Position numbers and translations under genes: made by a program. Shown here piece by piece: positions 22,083-32,233 of a stretch of DNA of 64,000 nt (positions are counted from its first letter, which is position 1; the number at the start of each line of letters is the position of its first letter). The notes beneath the pieces are model-generated. The model worked only from the letters and a program-made list of their open reading frames with translations. It was not told the origin of the DNA and searched no databases. Source of the DNA: an uncultured delta proteobacterium (lineage in GTDB: Bacteria > Desulfobacterota > WTBG01 > CAIYCZ01 > CAIRTM01); contig CAWDSQ010000007.1 in the NCBI GenBank assembly GCA_963804955.1, forward strand, positions 320,001-384,000, read 5' to 3'.

Positions 22083-23441
22083 TCATATAACGGCAGCCAT
22101 ACCGGACGTCATATCGCCGCGGGTATCAGGCAGTTGTAAAGCATAGGTCAAGCCCATAAGAGCCCAAAAGGTTGGAGAAACACTGACAACGCTGAAGCTG
22201 AAAAAATCATTGACCATATACCCCGCATATCCGCTCAGGATAGCGCATAAAAGCATTCTCAACCGATTATCCCGCTCGCTTTTCAGCCTGCGCCACAGCA
22301 TCACAAAAAAAGATGCCATAACGCCGCAGTAGGCAAACAAGCCGAAAAGTCCCTGCCCAATGGCTATATCGATATAATTGTTGTGCGCGCGGTCAATGGC
22401 CCCCGGGGTCTTGAACCGTTTGAAACTTTCAACAGAAACGCCCTTATACACTTTCTCATGCGTATCAGGGCCGTAGCCGAACCAGGGCCGTTCCACTATC
22501 AAAGGCACGGATTTCCCCCATACAAAAAGCCTTGTTGCCGAGCCATGCCCCTGCTGCAGATTGAAGGCCGCTTGCGCCTTGGCGGCAATCCTGCTGCCGA
22601 TATTGAATGAGCCCAAACCGCTGGCGGTAACAAGCCCCAATACAAGAGCCGCGCCGGCAATCGCAGTAACCATACATACAAGATGCTTTTTTTGCCCGGC
22701 GCCGCCATATCGGAAAACCAGGCACGAAAAAAGCAGCGCTGAACAGGTACAACCAACCCAGCTTGCCCTGGCCATACTCAGCACAAGCGCCATCACGATA
22801 AAAGCAAGCGCGAAAGAGCACGTGAAATATGTTTTTTTTTCATTTTTATACAGGCAGTATCCAGCAAAAAGGGGCCCCGTAAGCACTAAAAACTTGCCGA
22901 GAAAATTTCCATTACCCATGGTGCTGTTGATCACATTGTTCACGTTAAATGAGTCAATAAAATGTCGTGTCGGATTAAAGCCAAGGTATTGCATGAGGCC
23001 GTAGAGCGCCACTAAAAAAGCGCTCACAAGCAGCCATTTTACAAGCTGCTCGGCCTGCAGGCGGGATTCAACAAGCCCGGCAAAAATGACAACCAGAGCT
23101 ACATAGGCCAGCAGCGTAAACAGCCCCTCATATCGCAAAAAATCACCGCGCAGACTCAGATTGCAGTCAATTGACAGGACGGTTGATATAACGGCCGAAC
23201 AGCCGTATAAAATCAAAAAAACAGTGGCCGCAAGCCCTGGCAGGGAGAACGCCTTCCTGAAAATACAAAATCGTGCAATCACAGCAGTGCAGATTATGCA
23301 TATCAATCCATAGACCGAATCAATTTTGGGCTGGTAGAAATAATCATAGGCAGTAGGGTTGACCATCAAAGGAACAAGAACCAATAGAAAAAAAAGGCAG
23401 ATATTAATTATGCTCTGTAGAATCATATGCAGGGAAGTCAT
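22083..23441 (-). CDS. O-antigen ligase (Wzy_C) family protein, candidate pilin O-oligosaccharyltransferase
   Basis: Multi-TM; STMGNGN, ARASW, RLFVW, PWFGYG, DRAHNNY; first gene downstream of pilA. Confidence 0.85.
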   Translation of the reverse strand: MTSLHMILQSIINICLFFLLVLVPLMVNPTAYDYFYQPKIDSVYGLICIICTAVIARFCIFRKAFSLPGLAATVFLILYGCSAVISTVLSIDCNLSLRGDFLRYEGLFTLLAYVALVVIFAGLVESRLQAEQLVKWLLVSAFLVALYGLMQYLGFNPTRHFIDSFNVNNVINSTMGNGNFLGKFLVLTGPLFAGYCLYKNEKKTYFTCSFALAFIVMALVLSMARASWVGCTCSALLFSCLVFRYGGAGQKKHLVCMVTAIAGAALVLGLVTASGLGSFNIGSRIAAKAQAAFNLQQGHGSATRLFVWGKSVPLIVERPWFGYGPDTHEKVYKGVSVESFKRFKTPGAIDRAHNNYIDIAIGQGLFGLFAYCGVMASFFVMLWRRLKSERDNRLRMLLCAILSGYAGYMVNDFFSFSVVSVSPTFWALMGLTYALQLPDTRGDMTSGMAAVI

Positions 23442-23732
23442 AGCAGGTGCTCACTCACGACAGAATTTTGCACGCGGGAAATCCTTAGAACAAAGCCCGG
23501 CTGAAGCTGCCCGATCTCCCTGGTAAGAACATACAAACGACGGGTTCGTATGTCAACAGCCAAAATGTTTGTATGCGAAAAATGAAAAAGAATCCCTCTG
23601 CTCAGATACATTCAGCCGTGGCGGCAGGCATACGGCAATTGCATCCCCTGTATCTGCGGTGCGCGGATACAGCCGGCATGGGCGGGTGCAGTAATGATGT
23701 TGTTTGGATTTTTTTCGAGCGCCTCATGCTGT

Positions 23733-23766
23733 AAAAAAAAACAGAGGCCCAGAGGGCCTCTGTTTT
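23733..23766 (-). terminator. Intrinsic terminator after pilA
   Basis: aaaacagaggccc-aga-gggcctctgtttt hairpin followed by a T-run on the minus strand. Confidence 0.85.
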
Positions 23767-23791
23767 ACAAACCTCATACTGATTGTTGTTC

Positions 23792-24268
23792 TTACTGGGA
23801 CTGCTTTGTAACGCCAGTCGAGGTAACGACAATCATGGAGCCCTTCATATCATCGGGCACACCTAAACATACTACCTGGATCTCATACGTTGCGCACTCG
23901 GCAGCAGCAGTTCCATCACAAGCTGTTGCACCATCACCTTGTAAACCGCGATAATCAAAAGTCCCGAAGCCCTGTATAGTTGACGTAGTTGCAAGCGTAC
24001 CGCCGTTATTATTGCATATCGGGAAAAAATCAGTATAAGTACCTGCTAAAGCCGCCGTCGGGAACTGATTGCCCGGAGAGTCGACAGCATAACCGGCAAG
24101 GCAGCCTCTCATAGACTCAGATGTTGACACGCATGCAGCAACACGAGACTTATTACGATAGGCAATAAAGTTAGGCACTGCAATTGCAGCCAGAATACCG
24201 ATAATGGCCACGACGATCATGAGTTCGATCAGAGTAAAACCTTTTTCATTTCTTGTTTTGAGCATCAT
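23792..24268 (-). CDS. pilA: Type IVa major pilin
   Basis: KG/FTLIELMIVVAIIGILAAIAVPNF prepilin cleavage motif; next to pilS/pilR; own sigma54 promoter and terminator. Confidence 0.9.
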   Translation of the reverse strand: MMLKTRNEKGFTLIELMIVVAIIGILAAIAVPNFIAYRNKSRVAACVSTSESMRGCLAGYAVDSPGNQFPTAALAGTYTDFFPICNNNGGTLATTSTIQGFGTFDYRGLQGDGATACDGTAAAECATYEIQVVCLGVPDDMKGSMIVVTSTGVTKQSQ

Positions 24269-24371
24269 TGTGTCTTCCTTCCATGTTTATATTTAATAAA
24301 GTTTTTAGGGTTTTAAAAATCGAATTTATTATTTGGTTTTGTTCCACCTCCTTTCGATGCATCTAAGCATT

Positions 24372-24387
24372 TGCAAAACCAATGCCA
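24372..24387 (-). promoter_or_regulatory. Sigma54 (-24/-12) promoter of pilA
   Basis: Minus strand TGGCATTGGTTTTGCA = GG-N10-GC; AT-rich upstream tract. Confidence 0.8.
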
Positions 24388-24506
24388 AAAATTAAATCAT
24401 ATTATTTATTTTAAAAAGTAATAAAAATATAAAAAAAATAATCCCTTAATGCCTTTAAATGTCACGGTGGAACAAAAAACGTCACCCCCGCTGTTCGCAC
24501 AGCTTA

Positions 24507-24711
24507 TTTAGAGCATGTAACTAAAACTTGTAACCGAACATCAGAAAACAGTTGAGTGCGTTAGCTGTATAACGGCATATCTTGTCATTCCCGCTTGACG
24601 GGAATCTTTTTTGGTGTGCTGAAGAATGATTCCGGACAAGCCAGAGACCAAGGTCTATGTTGCTCGTAAACACATGAATACTGGTTATAGTGATTTGTTA
24701 CATGCTCTAAA
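24507..24711. mobile_element. MITE-like element containing a GTCA-type REP doublet
   Basis: Perfect 15-bp inverted ends tttagagcatgtaac / gttacatgctctaaa; internal gtcattcccgcttgacgggaatc...gattccggacaagcc (24584-24642). Confidence 0.7.
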
Positions 24712-24947
24712 GGCGCTTTCAAGTAAACAACCTCGCGCAATTCCAATTTCTTCTTACCCGGGATGTGGTGCACAGGGAAGCAGGTGACTGAGAACAGGTG
24801 CTTTAAGTTTCAGCAGGGTCTGTTAAAAAAGGTTCGGCGGCGATTCCCGGTTTGTATGTATATCAAAGCGGCTTGAGGCGGGCAGACATGAACGTATGCG
24901 AGGCGGGATTCTACAGCTACGGCGCCTGCGCGACGGGCATGCTGAGC

Positions 24948-26665
24948 TTACGCAGGAAAAAAAACCGAAAAGACAGCTCCTTTGCCTTCTTCACTTTCAA
25001 CGGCTATTGTGCCTTTATGCTCCTGTATAATTTTATAGACAATGGACAAACCAAGGCCGCTCCCCGAATCTTTGGTTGTAAAAAACGGATCGAAAATGCT
25101 GTTGATTTCCGACTTCTTTATTCCGCAGCCCTCATCGGCTATTTTAAGCACAACCCATGCCGCAGCGGGGGGGCGGCGGCAGGTTCACGGCTGCCGCTTT
25201 TTAGCGCAACAGGCTCACATCCATGCTCGACCGCAGCAGCAGTGAGCGTGATTGCGCCGCTTTTGTCCGTCATAGCCTGAGCGGCATTCAAAATAAGATT
25301 CCACAGAACCTGCTTTATTTGCTGACGGTTTGCTGTAATGGTGATCTGCCGGGGAATAAGCTGGCGGATGGATACACCGGGGCTGCATTCAATGCTGTTC
25401 TTAAAAAGATCGATAACCTCATCTGCAACCGTGTGCAAGACGACGCGCTCCTGCCCCGGAAGTTCTGCGCGCGCGTATTGCGTGAAATCAGAAATCAGGC
25501 TGCTGAGATTTTCACTCTCCCTGATAATGATGTCCATAAGGCGTTTATCTGCGGTCTCCAGCTGAAGGCTTTTTTGCAGTACCTGAATCGATCCGCTGAT
25601 CGAAGCGAGCGGATTTCTGACTTCATGGGCTATGCCGGCGGCAAGTCTGCCCACGGCAGCCAGCCGGTCTATTCTTTTTAAATGCTCCTGCATGTCCCGA
25701 AAATCGGTAAGATCCTGAAAAATAAGTATTGTGCCGATTTCGTCATTTGATCCGTCCTTGAGGCTGGCCCCCGAAAAACCCAGCCACAGGGACCGGCCGT
25801 CGCGCCTGAGAAACGTCATTTCAAAACCTGCTGTCAGGGAACTGCCGGGAAAATTTGACGAATGAGCTGAAACGGCAGTGGAAATTCCCGGGAAAATATC
25901 CTCTATCCCTTTCATATACGTTTGGTCAAACCTATAGCCGGTGATCGCTTCGGCTGCACGATTAAAAGTAATGATTTGGCGAAACTGATTAAGGCTAACG
26001 AGCCCGCTGGGAATATTTTCTATGATTTTTTCATTTAAAGCTTCAAGCTGCTCGAGATCGACCTGTTTTTTTTGAAGCTGCTGTCTTGATTTTCGTGCCT
26101 GCTCGGTCAAAAAGCTGCTCAGAACAGCAACGAGATAAAAAGCCGCGACATTAATGACGATGGGAAAAAACAAAGATTCCTGTTCGTATCCTGTCGCGGT
26201 AAAAGCGCCGATATGAAACGGTGAAATAATACGGTAATGCTCAAGGGTAATGAGCAGCGGAAAAAGAAAGCTTGCTGCGGTTGCCGCAAACAGGCCGCCT
26301 GAAATAAAAAGGCAGATGCTGGCTGCAATGATCTCGACGCTGTAGAGAAATGCAAAAATACTGTTGATGCCGCCGGTAATAAAAAGCAGCGTCGTAATTA
26401 AAAAAAGATCAACAATAATCTGAACATAGGCAAAAAGAACAAACCGCCTCAGAAAAGAAAGAAGAAAAGCATAGATGAAGGTCAGGGCAAATGCCGAGCC
26501 GGTAAGCGAATACAGGTAAATAAGATGCGGGGTAATAAAGGAATCGCTTCGGCGGAGCTGAGTTACTGTGGCGATGCCGAGAAAAAAAGCTGCCACCAGA
26601 ACTCTGAAAAGCATCAGCAGCTGGAGCTTGCTCTTCAGGCTATGGGTATCTTCATGTGCTTTCAT
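24948..26665 (-). CDS. pilS: PAS-domain sensor histidine kinase PilS, frameshift near 25150
   Basis: N-terminal TMs; AHEVRNPL H-box; NLILNA N-box; DEGCGI, FDPFFTTK, GLGL in ORF 24948-25151. Confidence 0.85.
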
Positions 26666-26708
26666 ACAATACCAGAAGCCGCACCATCTTCACCCGGCAT
26701 AGGCGCTA

Positions 26709-28122
26709 TCAGTCCTTGTTGAGAAGGCTCTCATCAATGGCAAGCTTCTGAATCCGGTAGCGCATCGACCGCAGCGTTATTCCCAGAAGCTTCGCTCCCC
26801 CCTTGACAGACCCTTTTGATTGTTTCAGCGCTTCTTCAACATAGCCCTTTTCATAGCTCTCGACGAGCTCATCAAGCTGAACGCCGTCCCGCGGAATGGT
26901 GACATTCTCCCTCGGCAGAAGCCGTTGCCGGGCGGTTCTCCCCGGCGCCGCTTGAGCATGACACACCGAGACCCTCCGGAAGCATAATACTGGTAGTTGA
27001 CAGCGCAACGCCGCGCTCTATGATATTTTCAAGTTCGCGGATATTGCCTGGAAAATCATGCCGCATCAGGCAGTCAAGGGCAAAATCCGATATTTCGCTC
27101 ACATTTTTCCCGGTTTCGCGGGCAGACCGTTCGAGAAAATACCGCGCCAGCAGCGGAATATCTTCCCGTCGCTCGCGAAGAGGCGGCAGAGCTATATTGA
27201 TGACATTCAGCCGGTAGTACAGGTCTTCGCGAAACGACCCCTCTGAAACCTTTTGTGCAAGATTTTTGTTTGTAGCCGAGATTATCCGCACGTCAACCTT
27301 GATTTCTTCCGTGCCGCCCACGGGCGTAAATGTTTTTTCCTGCACCATGCGCAGCAGCTTCACCTGCAGCGAAAGCGGCAATTCGCCCACCTCGTCAAGA
27401 AAAAGCGTGCCGCCGTGAGAAGCCTCGAGAAAACCCATTTTATCCTTAATGGCCCCGGTAAAAGCCCCCTTTTTATAACCAAACAGTTCGCTCTCAAGGA
27501 GCGTCTCGGGGATGCCGCCGCAGTTGATAACGATAAACGGCAGCCCGGAACGATTGCTCCTGCTGTAAATAGCCCGCGCCACCAGTTCCTTCCCCGTGCC
27601 GCTCTCGCCGGTGATGAGAACATTGCTCTTTACCGAAGCCGCCCGTCCGATCAGGTCAAGAACCTTTTTCATCGACGGGCTCTGGCCGATCATGCCGCAG
27701 GAGTTGTCCTGTTGATTCCCGGAAGCATCTTCGCCTGAAAGCCGTGGGTCGACTGCCTGTGCTCTCTTATCAAGAGCCGCATCAATTTTGCGTTTTATGT
27801 CCTCGACATAAAACGGCTTGGTTATATAGTCATAGGCGTCTTCATGCATAGACTCCCGGGCCGTCTCATAAGATGCAAATGCCGTAATCATGATAAAAAT
27901 CGTGTGCGGTGAAAAATCCCGCACACGCTGCAGAAGGGTGATGCCGTCCATCCTGGGCATTTTAATATCGGCAATAACGACATCAAAGGGCTCCTGCTCA
28001 CAGCGGGCAAGCGCATCCAGGCCGTCGGAGGCGCACGAGACGTCATAGCCCTCACGCTGGAGATATATCTCCAGCATCTCACGTATGCTCTTTTCGTCAT
28101 CAACAACCAGAATTTTTGTCAT
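26709..28122 (-). CDS. pilR: Sigma54-dependent response regulator PilR (NtrC family), frameshift near 26950
   Basis: ILVVDDE receiver; GESGTGKE, GAFTGA, FLDEVGE, PGNIREL; HTH LLGITLRSMRYR in ORF 26709-27008. Confidence 0.85.
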
Positions 28123-28232
28123 ATGCAGGTCTTCCATGACGGGCGAAATTGCCCGGCCGAAGGGTCGAGCGCCGGCCCCCCTGTACCCGCCATCAGCATA
28201 GCACAGAAAGCGGCATGAATACAGTCGCGGTA

Positions 28233-29513
28233 TCAGCCCGCACAGGAATAAACAATAGAGCCGGCGACGATAGTATAGGCTGCGCACCCTTTAAAACGTC
28301 TGCCGAAGAAAGGTGAATTGCTGCTTTTCGAGCACAGACGTTCTTTGTCAAACACATACTCTGCTTGCGGATCGATGATGGTAATATCGGCATCACAACC
28401 GGACTGAATATGCCCCTTCGGCAGATGCAGAATGCGCGCGGGGTTGATCGTGTATTTCTCAAGGGCCTGCATAAGCGTCAGCACTCCTTCAGCAACAAGC
28501 GACAGCGTCAGGGGCAGCGAGGTTTCAAGACCGATCATGCCGAATGCGGCATTGTCGAACTCCACATCCTTTTCAAGTGAGGAGTGCGGGGCATGATCGC
28601 TTGCAATAACATCCAGGGTCCCGTCCCGGAGCCCCTGCCGGATAGCCTCCAGATCCTGCTGCGTGCGCAAAGGCGGATTGACCTTCGTAGCAGTATCAAA
28701 GGAAGCCACAGCTTCATCAAGCAAGGTAAAATAGTGCGGGGCTGTTTCTGCGGTCACGGCAATGCCCCGGGCTTTTGCCTCCCGTATAATGCGGACCGAG
28801 CCGGACGTGCTCACATGGGCTATGTGGACCGGGTGGCAGACCCACTCGGCAAGAGCTATCTCGCGGGCCACGATCAGCTCTTCGGCGGCGGGAGCTATAC
28901 CCCGCATGCCCAGGCGGGTCGAAACGATGCCCTCATGCATCACGCCCCTGGCCGCAAGATCGGCGTCTTCGCAGTGGCACAGGACCGGGAGAGAAAATGT
29001 TTTTGCATACTCGATGCAGCGCCGCATGACCTCAGCGCTTTTGACCGCTTTCCCGTCATCGGAAAGCGCGACAATGCCAGCCTCCTTCATATCTCCATAC
29101 TCGGCAAGCGCGTCGCCTTTCAGGCCCCTGGTAAGGGCGCCAACGGGATACACGTTGACGCATGCCTCTGCGCGGGCTTTATTCACAATAAAGTTGGTTA
29201 CCGAGGCATTGTCATTGACGGGGCTGGTGTTGGGCATGCACGCTATGGCGGTAAACCCGCCTGCCGCCGCGGCACGGGCTCCTGTCTGTATGGTTTCCTT
29301 GTACTCCTGCCCGGGCTCGCGCAGGTGCGTATGCATGTCGATAAGGCCGGGCGCCACAAGCAGCCCTGCGGCGTCAATGACCTGCATGCTGCCGGCTTCC
29401 TCAATCTGGGGGCGCAGCTCAACTATTTTCCCGTCATCGATCAGCACATCAAGACGCGCATCGGTTCCCGATGCAGGATCAAGCACGCGACCGTTTTTAA
29501 TAAGCAGCGACAT
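28233..29513 (-). CDS. pyrC: Dihydroorotase
   Basis: DMHTHLREPG, MPNT, KVNPPLR, SDHAPH. Confidence 0.95.
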   Translation of the reverse strand: MSLLIKNGRVLDPASGTDARLDVLIDDGKIVELRPQIEEAGSMQVIDAAGLLVAPGLIDMHTHLREPGQEYKETIQTGARAAAAGGFTAIACMPNTSPVNDNASVTNFIVNKARAEACVNVYPVGALTRGLKGDALAEYGDMKEAGIVALSDDGKAVKSAEVMRRCIEYAKTFSLPVLCHCEDADLAARGVMHEGIVSTRLGMRGIAPAAEELIVAREIALAEWVCHPVHIAHVSTSGSVRIIREAKARGIAVTAETAPHYFTLLDEAVASFDTATKVNPPLRTQQDLEAIRQGLRDGTLDVIASDHAPHSSLEKDVEFDNAAFGMIGLETSLPLTLSLVAEGVLTLMQALEKYTINPARILHLPKGHIQSGCDADITIIDPQAEYVFDKERLCSKSSNSPFFGRRFKGCAAYTIVAGSIVYSCAG

Positions 29514-29516
29514 AAT

Positions 29517-30434
29517 TTATTTTCCTATCAGAAGGTACATAAGCGCCATACGCACGGCAACGCCGTTTGTCACCTGATCAAGAATTATGGATTTCGGGCC
29601 ATCGATCACGTCGGCCGACATTTCTATGCCGCGGTTAACGGGCCCCGGATGCATGATGAGCACATCGGGGCGCGCCTTGTCAAGCACCGCCATGCTGAGC
29701 CCGAAAAACCGCGAATATTCCCGTATGGTCGGGAACAGGCTCTGGGCCTGCCGCTCAAGCTGAATGCGCAGCATCATGATGACGTCCATATCACGCACCG
29801 CATCGGCAATTAAGGGGATAAACGTCACGCCCAGGGATTCAATAAAACGGGGCACCATAGTCTGCGGCCCGGACACATACACCTGCGCTCCCATCATGGT
29901 GAGCAGGAAAATATTTGAGCGCGCGACACGGCTGTGGGCAATATCTCCGATGATGGCCACCTTGAGCCCCGCCAGCGACCCCTTGCGCTCCCGCATGGTG
30001 AATGCATCAAGCAGGGCCTGCGTCGGATGCTCATGGGCTCCGTCGCCGGCATTGATAATGGCCGCGGGCAGAGCGTCGGCAAGAATTTTGGGCGCCCCGG
30101 CGCAGGAATGCCTGATAACAATGAGGTCCGGGTTCATAGCCTGAAGGTTTTCGCCCGTGTCCCGGAGTGTTTCGCCTTTGACCACACTGCTGCTGCTGGC
30201 GGAGATGTTGATCACATCGGCGCTGAGCCGCTTCCCGGCAATTTCAAATGAGGTGCGGGTTCGGGTGCTGGGCTCGAAAAAAAGGTTGATGACCGTCTTG
30301 CCGCGCAGCGTGGGCACTTTTTTAATGTCCCGCTCGGACACTTCCTTCATGGAAGCCGCGGTATCCAGAATATGGGTAATCTCCGCAGGCACAAGATCAC
30401 CGATCGACAGCAGATTTTTGCAGCGCAGCTCCAT
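29517..30434 (-). CDS. pyrB: Aspartate carbamoyltransferase catalytic subunit
   Basis: [29 protein letters not shown]. Confidence 0.95.
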   Translation of the reverse strand: MELRCKNLLSIGDLVPAEITHILDTAASMKEVSERDIKKVPTLRGKTVINLFFEPSTRTRTSFEIAGKRLSADVINISASSSSVVKGETLRDTGENLQAMNPDLIVIRHSCAGAPKILADALPAAIINAGDGAHEHPTQALLDAFTMRERKGSLAGLKVAIIGDIAHSRVARSNIFLLTMMGAQVYVSGPQTMVPRFIESLGVTFIPLIADAVRDMDVIMMLRIQLERQAQSLFPTIREYSRFFGLSMAVLDKARPDVLIMHPGPVNRGIEMSADVIDGPKSIILDQVTNGVAVRMALMYLLIGK

Positions 30435-30973
30435 TACGCACCTCCTGTAATGAAGGCCTGATCGATACCGTCGTCCTCCTGCAGCAGCACCTCAACACGT
30501 TCGCCCTTCGTGGTAGCTATATTCCTGCCCGTATAGTCCGGCTGAATGGGAAGCTCCCGGTGTCCGCGGTCTATGAGCACCACCAGCCGTATCGCCTCGG
30601 GCCGCCCCAGGTCATGAATGCCGTCCAGCGCCGCCCGGATTGTTCTGCCCGTATACAGCACATCATCGCACAGATAAATCTTCATGCCCTTGATGGGGAA
30701 GGGTATTTCGGTTTTTTTCAGCACCGGATGGGAGGCTATTTCCGAAAGGTCATCCCGGTACAGGGTTATGTCAAGCGCGCCCACCGGTATGCGAAAACCG
30801 GTGAATTCCTGCAGCTTCCGGGAAAGCCTGTTGGCTATGGACACCCCGCGCCGGCGTATGCCTATGAAAGCAAATGTTTCCGCCCCCCGGTTATGCTCCA
30901 GCAATTCAAAAGCAATGCGGTTGAGCGTCCGGTCGATATCGCTTGCATCCATGATTATTTTTTGTCTGGTCAT
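30434..30973 (-). CDS. pyrR: Pyrimidine operon attenuation protein / uracil phosphoribosyltransferase
   Basis: [27 protein letters not shown]. Confidence 0.95.
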   Translation of the reverse strand: MTRQKIIMDASDIDRTLNRIAFELLEHNRGAETFAFIGIRRRGVSIANRLSRKLQEFTGFRIPVGALDITLYRDDLSEIASHPVLKKTEIPFPIKGMKIYLCDDVLYTGRTIRAALDGIHDLGRPEAIRLVVLIDRGHRELPIQPDYTGRNIATTKGERVEVLLQEDDGIDQAFITGGA

Positions 30974-30983
30974 GTCCTACCCC

Positions 30984-31136
30984 AAAAAAAAACCTCCCCC
31001 GTTGCTGGAGAAGGTTGAGTATGCCGCTGGCTGTGTGCCCACATGCTGATTCGCCATTTTCTGCTTTTACCGGTTTGCCTGAAAAAGTTGTCTTTAAGTA
31101 GCACAGCCGGCACAGCCCGGTCAAGGGAAAAGACAA
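30984..31136 (-). promoter_or_regulatory. Probable PyrR attenuator leader
   Basis: Terminator aaccttctcc-agcaac-gggggaggtt + T-run (30984-31016) just upstream of pyrR; upstream stem ttgtcttt/aaagacaa (31088-31136) with internal ccgg/ccgg hairpin. Confidence 0.6.
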
Positions 31137-31176
31137 GAACAAAGTCACGGGCTTTTTAGAATTATTTCAACCCGCT

Positions 31177-31204
31177 TTGACAATAGCGCAGTCTGTGCTA
31201 CTAT
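31177..31204 (+). promoter_or_regulatory. Putative sigma70 promoter of tsaE
   Basis: TTGACA-16 nt-TACTAT with TG extension. Confidence 0.45.
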
Positions 31205-31237
31205 AGGGCGGTATGCACATCGGCAAAGGCGGCACGA

Positions 31238-31759
31238 ATGACTGAACATTGCGAATTTTCTTTTTATTCCCGCAGCAGCAGCAGCACTGTTGAAAGCGGC
31301 AAACAGCTTGGCGCTCACTTGGGCGCAGGCTGCGTTATCGGCCTTGTGGGAGAGCTTGGCGCAGGCAAGACCTGCTTCATTAAGGGCATAGCCGAAGGGC
31401 TCAACAACACCCCCGAAAGCGAGGTGACAAGCCCGACATTCACCATTCTGCAGGAATACCCCGGACCGGTGCCGCTTTACCATTTCGACGCCTACCGCCT
31501 GTCGGGAAGCCATGACCTGGAAGCAATCGGATTTGAGGACTATGTCGGCACCGACGGGGTCGCTGTCATTGAATGGGCGGACCGTATCCAGGATGCCCTG
31601 CCGGATGAAGTTATCATGGTACGGATTGAATGGCTTTCCGAAAATGAACGCCGTTTTATTTGCATGGCCCGGGGAGAAAAACACTGTGGGTTGCTTGCGC
31701 GGTTTCGCGATAGCAGTACAGCCGTTGCAGCAAAAAATTCCCGAAATGAAGCGTTTTAA
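31238..31759 (+). CDS. tsaE: tRNA threonylcarbamoyladenosine biosynthesis ATPase
   Basis: GELGAGKT, VTSPTF, YHFDAYRL, IEWA. Confidence 0.95.
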   Translation: MTEHCEFSFYSRSSSSTVESGKQLGAHLGAGCVIGLVGELGAGKTCFIKGIAEGLNNTPESEVTSPTFTILQEYPGPVPLYHFDAYRLSGSHDLEAIGFEDYVGTDGVAVIEWADRIQDALPDEVIMVRIEWLSENERRFICMARGEKHCGLLARFRDSSTAVAAKNSRNEAF

Positions 31760-32233
31760 CCTTTATTGAAACTATTATTTCGGGACACAATCCGGGGTGT
31801 TTCCAACCGGGGTTCAGGGGATACACACGTGGTTTTTTTAGAACCCCTACCTTATCATAAAATTTCCACTATTTTTGTCTTTGATACAGAATTTCCGGCG
31901 CGGGCAGCCCGGTACGGCTTTTGAATCGGCGGGGAGACCATATCCGCCCCTTATTTTGCCGGGGCCTTTTCAATCAATCTCCAGAGCAGTATCGTCGTTT
32001 ATGGAATTGAAACTCTTGCGGATATGATAAACTGTATTTTACAGAAAACAGGCCTGTTCAGATATGCTCATGTCGGTCCGGTGTCCGTCCAGGGTTCGAT
32101 TCCTGCAGGCGACACAAAGCCCGTGCGCCGGATGTTTTGTTGTAATGCATTTGATTTCTTTTAACCGGCATGATTGATATATATCATGTCGCTCGCTCAT
32201 GACATGCTGACAGAAAAAATTTAGCCTGAATGG

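Noticed and set aside
28584..29813. Long plus-strand ORFs (409 and 271 aa)
   Set aside because: Antisense shadows of pyrC/pyrB with no motifs
31761..32013. Two ATTGAAAC motifs resembling CRISPR repeat 3' ends
   Set aside because: About 240 bp apart, upstream bases differ, no regular repeat-spacer period, no cas genes
32071..32115. GGTTCGATTCC tRNA T-loop-like motif
   Set aside because: T-stem pairs poorly and there is no room for D and anticodon arms
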